From positions 374,212-398,211 of the forward strand of contig NZ_JAULRT010000060.1 of the NCBI RefSeq assembly GCF_030518215.1: DNA of 24,000 nt, written 5' to 3'. Both the position numbers and the translations under genes were made by a program. Shown here in pieces: positions 16,121 to 23,142 of this stretch; position 1 is the stretch's first letter; the number at the start of each line of letters is the position of its first letter. Under the pieces are notes generated by a model. The model saw nothing but the letters and a program-made list of their open reading frames with translations. It made no database searches and had not been told where the DNA came from. This DNA comes from Gilvimarinus algae (GTDB taxonomy: Bacteria > Pseudomonadota > Gammaproteobacteria > Pseudomonadales > Cellvibrionaceae).

Positions 16121-16427
16121 TGAAATCCAGGCACCAGGCACTTCCTGAGCCCGCCCTCGGGGTCGGGCCAATAAGAGATCAACGCTGGGAAACCGTTGTA
16201 TCAGCCCGCCAATCCCCTTGAAGCACAGGTGATCGCCGGCCTCCGGGCGCAGGCCTATGCTCTGGTGCAGGTCAGTGAGGCGATTTTGGGGTTTATTCGG
16301 AGGGCGTGGGTTAGGGCGGTCTGCTGATCGCTGCGCCACTGATTGCTTGTACCAAGCTGATCAGCTAGCCGACTTTGTTCGTATCTTTCAATCGATCAAA
16401 ACATCACAAAACTCAGGGTATTCAACG

Positions 16428-16928
16428 ATGGGGAACTCTTCAATGTCTCGTACTGGCCAAGCTCTCGGCCTGCTTGCGTGGCTAGCACTGTGTTTTCTCG
16501 CCTCGGGCCTTGGCGCTATCGCCTCGGTCAATGCCGGGGGTTTCTACGCTGAGCTGGCTCGCCCCGATTGGGCGCCGCCGGCTTCAGTGTTTGGGCCTGT
16601 CTGGAGTCTGCTGTACGCCATGATGGCGGTTGCCGCCTGGCGGGTATGGCGGTTGAGCGGTTGGCGCGGCGCCCGGCTCGCCCTCGGCGTGTTTGTAGCG
16701 CAGCTGGCGGTGAATGCCCTTTGGAGCTGGGTGTTTTTTGCCTGGCGGCTGGGCGGCGCGGCGCTGGCCGATATTGTGGTGCTCTGGTGCCTTATCGGCG
16801 TGACCCTCTGGTGCTTCTGGCGCCGGGATCGGTGGGCCGCAGTCCTTCTCTTGCCCTACTGGGCGTGGGTAAGTTTTGCCGGGGTGTTGAACTATACCTT
16901 GTGGCAGACCAACCCCGGCCTTTTGTAG
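16428..16928 (+). CDS. tspO: TspO/MBR family tryptophan-rich sensory protein
   Basis: LAWLALCFLASGLGAIAS...FYAELARPDWAPPASVFGPVWSLLYAMMAVAAWRVW...AQLAVNALWSWVFF...LLLPYWAWVSFAGVLNYTLW is the canonical TspO pattern. The start is taken at the ATG at 16428 (or 16443). The ORF track start at 16257 adds 57 non-TspO residues. Confidence 0.85.
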   Translation: MGNSSMSRTGQALGLLAWLALCFLASGLGAIASVNAGGFYAELARPDWAPPASVFGPVWSLLYAMMAVAAWRVWRLSGWRGARLALGVFVAQLAVNALWSWVFFAWRLGGAALADIVVLWCLIGVTLWCFWRRDRWAAVLLLPYWAWVSFAGVLNYTLWQTNPGLL

Positions 16929-16931
16929 CGG

Positions 16932-18071
16932 CTAATCTTGTTCAGGCTCCTTGGCGGGGCCAGCGCCCGCCTCAATCAGCTCATTTTCGGTTTCTCTCTC
17001 GCCGGCGCTGAGGTCTTCTTCCTCGACGTTGATTTCACGCATAAAAATGCCCCAGAAGGCGATAAACAGCGCCGCGATCAGCGGGCCGATGACGAAGCCG
17101 TTAATGCCAAATAACGCCATGCCACCCAGGGTCGACAGCAGCACCAAGTAATCTGGCAGCTTGGTGTCGCGGCCCACGAGAATGGGGCGCAGCAGGTTGT
17201 CCACCAGACCAATCACGCCGCCACCGAAAGCCACCAGAACAATGCCCTGAACGTAAGAGCCGGTGGCGAGTAGGTAAATGGCCACAGGGCCCCAGATAAT
17301 GGCAGCGCCCACGGCCGGCAGCAGCGAAGCAAACGCCATGACCACGCCCCAGAGCAGGGCGGCGGGTATCCCGAGAATCCAGAAAATAATGCCGCCCAGC
17401 GCGCCCTGAACCATGGCCACCACCAGGTTGCCTTTGACGGTGGCGCGGGTGACCTCGGCAAACTTGGCGAACAGCAGGCGCTCGCGCGTATCGCCCATGG
17501 GCAGCGCGCGAACCATCAGCTCTTTGAGGTTGTGGCCATCGCGCAGGAAAAAGAACGTCAGGTAGAGCATCAGGCAGAAATCCAGCACAAATTTAAAGGC
17601 GTTGGAGCCGATGTCAAAGGTGTACTGGGCGAGGAACTTGCCGCTGTTCATAGCGAGATTGACAGCTTGCTCTTTCAGGTCGGGAAAGTTCACCCCAAAG
17701 CGCTCAAGGGTGTCCTTGACCACAGGAAAGCTGTTTTGAAACTGCTCAATGTAGCGGGCCGGGTCCAGCTCGCCGGCTTCAATTTTTTGGTAGAGATCGG
17801 CCGCCTGGGCGACCACGGAGCTGACCAGGAAAATCACCGGAATGATCACAATCACTAGACACATCATCAAGGTCACCAGCGCCCGCGAGTTGGGCCGGTG
17901 TTTGAGTGAGCCCAGCAGGCGCGACTGCGCCGGGTAGAAAATGATCGCCAGGGCACAGGCCCAGAAAATCGGACCGAAGAAGGGTTTGAGTACCCATAAA
18001 AAGGCCGCCGATACCAGTACTAGCAGTGCGAGAAAGGATTTGGTTTCCAGGTTTTTTTGAAAGTCAGACAT
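16932..18071 (-). CDS. AI-2E family transporter (PerM/YhhT, UPF0118)
   Basis: The ORF is 379 aa with ~8 TM segments. It has the characteristic C-terminal core GNLVVAMVQGALGGIIFWILGIPAALLWGVVMAFASLLPAVGAAIIWGPVAIYL...VGLVDNLLRPILVG. The tail is acidic. Confidence 0.9.
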   Translation of the reverse strand: MSDFQKNLETKSFLALLVLVSAAFLWVLKPFFGPIFWACALAIIFYPAQSRLLGSLKHRPNSRALVTLMMCLVIVIIPVIFLVSSVVAQAADLYQKIEAGELDPARYIEQFQNSFPVVKDTLERFGVNFPDLKEQAVNLAMNSGKFLAQYTFDIGSNAFKFVLDFCLMLYLTFFFLRDGHNLKELMVRALPMGDTRERLLFAKFAEVTRATVKGNLVVAMVQGALGGIIFWILGIPAALLWGVVMAFASLLPAVGAAIIWGPVAIYLLATGSYVQGIVLVAFGGGVIGLVDNLLRPILVGRDTKLPDYLVLLSTLGGMALFGINGFVIGPLIAALFIAFWGIFMREINVEEEDLSAGERETENELIEAGAGPAKEPEQD

Positions 18072-18144
18072 GTCCCTGCCTTAAGAAAGTCGGTTTGCGC
18101 CATCATAAGGCAAGGTGGCTCGGACTGTCATCCAATAGTGGCGC

Positions 18145-19065
18145 TCAGGCGGCGCTGCTTGAGCGCATGCGCTCCAGGTAGCCCTTAACTCTGTCCAGCA
18201 ACCTGTGGCTGGTTTTACCCTGGGCCTCGAGCGGCTGCTCTTGCACGCGGTGGCGGCGCAGCATGATGGGGTTGTCTTTTAAGTTTTGGCGGTGCTTGTG
18301 GGCCGAGGCTATGCTGCCGTAGAGCATACGGCGCGATAAGGGCATGGGCAGTACGCGAAACACCTGTGCGCGATTGATTAGCTGGATCAGGTGGCTGGTG
18401 TCCGAGAAGGCGGTGACGACCAGTACCACCAGCTCGGGGCGCCGGCGCTTCATAAGCGCCAGAGCTTCGGAGATGTCGCCTTCTGGCAGGATCAGGTCGG
18501 TGAGCAAAATGGCGTCCGGGTGCTGCACCAGTTGCTCCATCGCCGCGTCGACGCTGCAGGTGTAATGCACCTGGTATTCCGGCTTTTCTTTTTCAATCAG
18601 TTGCGCCATGGCCTTCTTGCTGTGCAAGACAACAATGTCGCCACCGCTGTGCGCGGGCTGTTCTGATAGGGTGTTGGCTGGCGCTGTTTCGCGGGCCACG
18701 GCTATGGCCTCATCCAGAGTCTCACGCAGCTCATTCAGGTGCCAGGGCTTTTGTACGTAGCGAAAGATTTCCCCCTCGTTGATCGAACCCACAATGCTCG
18801 CCAGCTCCGAGTAACCGGTCAGTAGAATACGCACAGTGGCGGGGGAGATATCGCGTGCGCCGCGCAGCACCTCAACGCCCGTCATCAGCGGCATGCGTTG
18901 GTCGGACACAATGACCTCTACCTTGTTGTGGCGCAACATGGCCAGGGCTTCCTGGCCGTCGGTGGTGGTCAAGACGTTGTAATCGCGGCGAAATGCCATT
19001 TCCATGGTGCGTAAAATTCGGCTCTCGTCGTCGACAAACAGCAATGTGGGTTTGCTTGCGCTCAT
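18145..19065 (-). CDS. Response regulator: canonical REC domain plus a second, degenerate REC-like domain, with no recognisable output domain
   Basis: REC1 has LLFVDDES, VIVSDQRMPLMTG, RILLTGYS and FRYVQKPW, so all phospho-relay residues are present. The second half (DIVVLHSKK...AILLTDLILPEG...VVLVVTAFSD...FRVLPMPL) keeps the central Asp and Thr but lacks the N-terminal acidic pair and the conserved Lys. Its start overlaps the kinase stop (ATGA at 19062-19065). Confidence 0.8.
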   Translation of the reverse strand: MSASKPTLLFVDDESRILRTMEMAFRRDYNVLTTTDGQEALAMLRHNKVEVIVSDQRMPLMTGVEVLRGARDISPATVRILLTGYSELASIVGSINEGEIFRYVQKPWHLNELRETLDEAIAVARETAPANTLSEQPAHSGGDIVVLHSKKAMAQLIEKEKPEYQVHYTCSVDAAMEQLVQHPDAILLTDLILPEGDISEALALMKRRRPELVVLVVTAFSDTSHLIQLINRAQVFRVLPMPLSRRMLYGSIASAHKHRQNLKDNPIMLRRHRVQEQPLEAQGKTSHRLLDRVKGYLERMRSSSAA

Positions 19066-20375
19066 GTCGGCTCCTGTAAGGCGGAAGGGTTGAGTTGTTT
19101 GCGGGGCAAACGGATGACAAATTCGGTTCCCTTGTTCTCTATAGACCGTACGTCGATCAGCCCTTTGTGCTGCTGGACAATCTGGTAGGAAATGGACAGA
19201 CCCAAGCCCGTGCCCTCGCCAACGGCTTTGGTGGTAAAAAACGGATCGAAGATTTTCTTGCGCACCGTCTCGGGCATGCCGCGGCCGTTATCTCGGATAT
19301 GCACGTCCACAAACGTTTCGCGCGCGCGGGTTTTTACCTTGATGCTGCCGTAGTGCTCAATCGCCTGGGCGGCGTTGGTGAGTATGTTTAAGAACACTTG
19401 ATTGATCTGTGAGGCAACACATTCGATGCTGGCGTCTTGATCGTAGTCGCGAATGATCTCAGCTTTTTGCTTAATGATATTGCGGCCGATGTTTAGGGCG
19501 CTGTCAAGGCATTCATTGAGATTCACCTGTGAGAGTTTGACATGATCCAGCCGGCTGAAGTTTTTCAGGTTGGTCACCAGCTCACCGATTTGACTCAGCC
19601 CATGCAAACTGTCGGCAAACAGTGTGTTCATGTCCGACAGCAAGCCACCTTTTACCACCTCATCCACGCTGTCTATCGAAGCTTGTATGGCGGATTCGAT
19701 ATGTCCGTCGTCAGCGGTTTTATCCAGCAGGGCGCTTAATAGACTTTGGTTGTTGTCGGCCAGAAGCGCAACGGACTGACTGAGATCGGCCGCCAACTCG
19801 ATGTTTGATTGCACATAACCGAGCGGGGTATTGATTTCGTGAGCCACGCCCGCGACCATCTGGCCGAGGGAGGCCATTTTCTCCGACTGAATCAGCCGCG
19901 CCTGGGAGGATTTCAAATGTCGGTTGGCGGTTTGGAGAGCTCGATTGCGGGTCTCCGCACGCTTTTCCAGCAGTTCAAGCAGCGACAGGACCATGCCCAT
20001 GCCGAAAAAGTGGTTGTCTTCGATAATGACAAAGTCTTCGGTAATCGGATTGCTGATGTGCGCATGCACATAGCGGCTGGCCTCTTCGATATCGGTATTG
20101 ATGTCCACCAGCAGAGGTTTGGCGTTCATAAAGTTGGCAACCGGGCGGGCGCCGAAGATTTCCCTGCCGTAGGATTGCAGGAAGATTTTCATGATCGCAT
20201 AGCGGGAAATGGTTCCCGCGACCTTCCCGTTCTCAACAACCGGTAGGCACAAGAGCTCCCTGTACCTTTCAGAAAGGAACAGGTCGGCGACGTCATTGAT
20301 TTTAGTTGTCGGTGTCAGTGGCTCGACAGATACCGCCAGTTCGCGAACCCGCTGACAGGAAACGGCAATGTTCAT
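19062..20375 (-). CDS. Cytoplasmic sensor histidine kinase with N-terminal CBS-pair-like domain
   Basis: No TM segment is seen. The N-terminal ~130 aa has two CBS-like repeats (INDVADLF...[20 protein letters not shown]; [21 protein letters not shown]...[20 protein letters not shown]). A coiled-coil linker follows. The kinase motifs are H-box [15 protein letters not shown]-box [13 protein letters not shown]1 IRDNGRGMP and G2 [10 protein letters not shown]. Confidence 0.85.
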   Translation of the reverse strand: MNIAVSCQRVRELAVSVEPLTPTTKINDVADLFLSERYRELLCLPVVENGKVAGTISRYAIMKIFLQSYGREIFGARPVANFMNAKPLLVDINTDIEEASRYVHAHISNPITEDFVIIEDNHFFGMGMVLSLLELLEKRAETRNRALQTANRHLKSSQARLIQSEKMASLGQMVAGVAHEINTPLGYVQSNIELAADLSQSVALLADNNQSLLSALLDKTADDGHIESAIQASIDSVDEVVKGGLLSDMNTLFADSLHGLSQIGELVTNLKNFSRLDHVKLSQVNLNECLDSALNIGRNIIKQKAEIIRDYDQDASIECVASQINQVFLNILTNAAQAIEHYGSIKVKTRARETFVDVHIRDNGRGMPETVRKKIFDPFFTTKAVGEGTGLGLSISYQIVQQHKGLIDVRSIENKGTEFVIRLPRKQLNPSALQEPT

Positions 20376-20460
20376 GCGGCCCTTCGCAGTTTCGTCACTT
20401 CACCCGACCCGCAGTCTGGGGGATGTGTGTGACGATTGTATGAACTGTGAAGTGCGCCTC

Positions 20461-20493
20461 AGAAAAGAACACCGCCGGGATGGCGGCGGTGTT
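20461..20493 (-). terminator. Intrinsic terminator downstream of the DUF805 gene
   Basis: The minus-strand RNA is AACACCGCCG-CCAUCC-CGGCGGUGUU, with a perfect 10-bp stem, followed by CUUUUCU. It starts 20 nt after the stop at 20514. Confidence 0.7.
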
Positions 20494-20513
20494 GGTTGGT
20501 GCCAGCGGGGGAG

Positions 20514-20819
20514 TTATTTGCTCGGCTGGGCCAGCAGTACGATTAATACGATAAAACCAAGAACAGGAATCAGGCCAATCAGTACCCACCAGCCCGAGCG
20601 GCCACTGTCGTGCAAACGGCGTACGGCGGCAGCAATAGACGGAATCAGCACGATCAGGCTGTAGAGCGTGCCGAGCACACCGAGGCCGAGCATAGCATCG
20701 ACAACGCCAACGGCGATGGCAATAAGCAGATTGATCAGGAAAAACATCCAGTACTGGGTGCGGGTCCAGCGGCCTTCGAAATCGGTAAATTGTTTAAACG
20801 CCTGTATGTAATGTTCCAT
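20514..20819 (-). CDS. DUF805 family inner-membrane protein (YhaH/YhaI-like)
   Basis: The ORF is 101 aa. FTDFEGRWTRTQYWMFFLINLLIAI...IPSIAAAVRRLHDSGRSGWWVLIGLIPVLGFIVLIVLL is the DUF805 signature (R..YW, RRLHD.G.SGWW). Confidence 0.8.
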   Translation of the reverse strand: MEHYIQAFKQFTDFEGRWTRTQYWMFFLINLLIAIAVGVVDAMLGLGVLGTLYSLIVLIPSIAAAVRRLHDSGRSGWWVLIGLIPVLGFIVLIVLLAQPSK

Positions 20820-21058
20820 GGAAACCCCTGTGTTGTTATGACGTATTGTTTACAGCCGGATTACCTCTCCAGCCCAGTCATTTTTACTCACCCCGTCAGG
20901 CTTGTCGACTCCTGTGAGGATTTTTGCACCAGTTGTGATACAGGCGTGGCCGCTCGCGGGGCCACGCTGCGCTCAAATGGTGCGCCCGGACTGGTCCTCG
21001 ACCCCGGTGCTTTCGCGCTGTGCGCGCCACGCCAAGGGGAGCGCGCTGTAAGAGCTTC

Positions 21059-21073
21059 TGGCACGCTAAATGC
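21059..21073 (+). promoter_or_regulatory. Putative sigma54 promoter of amt
   Basis: The sequence is TGGCACgctaaATGCg. The -24 element TGGCAC is perfect and the GG-N10-GC spacing is correct. The -12 element is ATGC versus TTGC. It lies 69 nt upstream of the amt ATG. An NtrC-like site TGCGCTcaaatGGTGCG (20968-20984, 9/12) lies ~80 bp further upstream. Confidence 0.45.
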
Positions 21074-21141
21074 GTCATTGGCAGGACAAAACGACAATTG
21101 CACCACGGTGAGCCATGCCGTGAGTATAAGGAAAATGCCCG

Positions 21142-22458
21142 ATGAACAAACGATTCTCTGCGCCAGCGGCCGCGGCGCTGTTGGTCTGTGCGCCTGTGGT
21201 TTACGCGGAGCAGGCCGCCTCCTCAAGCTCTGTCAATACGGTGTGGATCGCGATTGCTGCGGCCCTTGTCTTCTTTATGCAGGCCGGGTTTGCACTGCTT
21301 GAGAGCGGCATGTCCCGCGCCAAGAACACCGTCAATGTCATTATGAAAAACTACGCCGATGTCTGTCTCGGCAGTTTGGTGTTCTGCCTGGTGGGATTTG
21401 GTTTGATGTTCGGCGCCAACCCCACCGGCTTTTTCGGCACGGATCATTTCTTTCTCAACCCTGAAGAGGAGTGGGATTGGTCGGTGGTCCTGTTTCAGGC
21501 CATGTTTGCTGCCACCGCCACCACCATTGCCAGTGGTACGATGGCCGAGCGCACGCGCTTTAACTCCTATCTTTTGTCGGCCTGTATTGTCATGGGGTTT
21601 CTCTATCCGGTGTTTGGCAGCTGGGTGTGGGGCAGTGCGTTTGAGGGCTCGGGGTGGCTGGCCGAGCTTGGGTTTATCGACTTTGCCGGCTCTACCGTCG
21701 TCCACTCACTAGGCGCCTGGGTGGCGCTGGCCGGGGCGCTGGTGGTTGGCCCGCGCATTGGTCGTTTTGACCGCGATGGTAAGCCGCACCGGATCCCCAG
21801 TCACAACTCAAGCTATGTTGCGCTTGGTGGGTTTATTCTCTGGCTCGGTTGGTTTGGCTTTAACGGCGGCAGCACCCTGGCGGCCGAGGTCTCCATTGGC
21901 CTGATCAATCTCAACACCCATTTGGCCGCTTGCGCTGGGGCCGCCGGCGCTTTGTTGGCTTGCAGTCTGCGCCGCTCGCCCATTCTGGTCGGGCATGTTG
22001 TCAATGGCAGTCTCGGTGGCCTGGTGGGCATTACCGCCGGGTGCGCCACCATGGACCCGCTCTGGGCCATGGTCACGGGCCTGGTGGCCGGGTTAATCGT
22101 GGTGTTTGGCTCGGGCGTTTTGCTCAGGTGGCGCGTCGACGATGTGGTGGGCGCAATACCGGTGCACGGCTTCGCCGGAGCCTGGGGAACGATTGCCGCG
22201 GGGCTGTTTTATCGTGAGCAAATGTTTTCCATCGACCTGGTGGTGGTGCAGCTGATCGGCGTGCTCTCCTGTTTTCTCTGGGCCTTTGTCGGCGCCCTGG
22301 TCATTTACGGCCTGGTGAATCTGTTCTTACCCTTGCGCGCTGAGGCGCAGCACGAGCAGCGCGGCTTGGACATTACCGAGCACGCCGAGATTGGCTATCC
22401 GGAGTTTAGCAAGAACACCGCCTACAACGAGAAAACCCTGGAGGTGCTTGAGCGATGA
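21142..22458 (+). CDS. amt: Ammonium transporter (Amt family) with N-terminal signal peptide
   Basis: The signal-like N-terminus is MNKRFSAPAAAALLVCAPVVYA. The Amt signatures are AALVFFMQAGFALLESGMSRAKNTVNVIMKNYAD, FQAMFAATATTIASGTMAERTRF, DFAGSTVVHSLGAWVALAGALVVGPRIGRF, LGWFGFNGGS and VHGFAGAWGTIAAGLF, which include the twin-His and Phe-gate contexts. Confidence 0.92.
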   Translation: MNKRFSAPAAAALLVCAPVVYAEQAASSSSVNTVWIAIAAALVFFMQAGFALLESGMSRAKNTVNVIMKNYADVCLGSLVFCLVGFGLMFGANPTGFFGTDHFFLNPEEEWDWSVVLFQAMFAATATTIASGTMAERTRFNSYLLSACIVMGFLYPVFGSWVWGSAFEGSGWLAELGFIDFAGSTVVHSLGAWVALAGALVVGPRIGRFDRDGKPHRIPSHNSSYVALGGFILWLGWFGFNGGSTLAAEVSIGLINLNTHLAACAGAAGALLACSLRRSPILVGHVVNGSLGGLVGITAGCATMDPLWAMVTGLVAGLIVVFGSGVLLRWRVDDVVGAIPVHGFAGAWGTIAAGLFYREQMFSIDLVVVQLIGVLSCFLWAFVGALVIYGLVNLFLPLRAEAQHEQRGLDITEHAEIGYPEFSKNTAYNEKTLEVLER

Positions 22459-23111
22459 GCGCCAATCCCATACAAGTTCAAAAACGCCGTATCGTCTACA
22501 CGGCTTTGGCACAGTTTCTTAAGGGCGAAGAGCTTGAGCGCGCGTTCAGGCTGTGGGAAAAACAATACGCCACCAAGCCGGTGTACGCGCTCAATGAATT
22601 TGTCGGCAAACTTGGCGATAGTCCCGCGCTGGCCGGGCGGCGCAAAGAGGTGATTCGCACGCTGCTCAACTTGAGCCAGCACCCCGAGGGGCTGTTACCT
22701 GATCCGGTGGCCGGTTACGGTGAGCTGACTGACTTTTCCAAAGCCGCACCGGCCCAGTATCCCGAACGGCTCGACAGAATTTTTGAACACTTTTTGGTGG
22801 CTGTTGAAACGGTTTTGCCGAGCGATGCGTTTATTCAGTTGCGGCTGAATTTTCTCGTGCGCCTAGCGGACATGAAGCTCAATCCCACCCTCAAGGCGCG
22901 CTTGCGATTGTGGTTTGACAGCGATGGCAGCGGCAAGGTGTTTTCGGTGGTGTGCACCGCGCCGGAGATTCGCCGGGTGGTGAATCAATTGTACGTCGTG
23001 ATGTGTGAGCTGTTTGGTCCGGTGCGGGCCGACGACATTCTGGAGGCCTGCGTCGCCTGGTTGGAGCGCTATCACCCGGTCAGTGTCAGGGACATTCGCC
23101 GCTTCTTGTGA
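22455..23111 (+). CDS. Hypothetical soluble protein, translationally coupled to amt (family not recognised)
   Basis: The ORF is 218 aa. Its ATG overlaps the amt stop (ATGA at 22455-22458). GGAGG (22440-22444) lies 10 nt upstream inside amt. There is no TM segment or signal peptide, and I can identify no motif. Confidence 0.65.
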   Translation: MSANPIQVQKRRIVYTALAQFLKGEELERAFRLWEKQYATKPVYALNEFVGKLGDSPALAGRRKEVIRTLLNLSQHPEGLLPDPVAGYGELTDFSKAAPAQYPERLDRIFEHFLVAVETVLPSDAFIQLRLNFLVRLADMKLNPTLKARLRLWFDSDGSGKVFSVVCTAPEIRRVVNQLYVVMCELFGPVRADDILEACVAWLERYHPVSVRDIRRFL

Positions 23112-23133
23112 CCGGGCGGCGAGCGCCGCCCGG
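23112..23133. terminator. GC-rich hairpin between convergent genes (possible bidirectional terminator, no U-tract)
   Basis: CCGGGCGGC-GAGC-GCCGCCCGG has a perfect 9-10 bp stem. It occupies the 31-bp gap between the stop at 23111 (+) and the stop at 23143 (-). Confidence 0.35.
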
Positions 23134-23142
23134 TGGCCGGTG

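Noticed and set aside
16175-16327. A stop-free plus-strand frame reading ...PLEAQVIAGLRAQAYALVQVSEAILGFIRRAWVRAVC.
   Set aside because: It has no ATG or GTG start with an RBS (only an internal TTG). It is about 50 codons with no recognisable similarity. I kept it only as a possible remnant under the tspO spacer finding.
15914-16339. A 141-aa minus-strand ORF overlapping the end of the membrane-protein gene and the tspO upstream spacer.
   Set aside because: It has no RBS and its product is Pro/Arg/Gly-rich. It overlaps a coding region that belongs to a tightly coupled operon.
16257-16427. The upstream extension of the tspO ORF (track start 16257).
   Set aside because: TspO proteins are ~150-170 aa. 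The extension (MLWCRSVRRFWGLFGGRGLGRSADR...) is not TspO-like and not hydrophobic.
20610-21302. A 230-aa plus-strand ORF and a 112-aa minus-strand ORF (20888-21226), both bridging the DUF805-amt intergenic region.
   Set aside because: Both run antisense or out of frame into well-supported genes. They have no RBS and odd composition. The region carries promoter-like elements instead.
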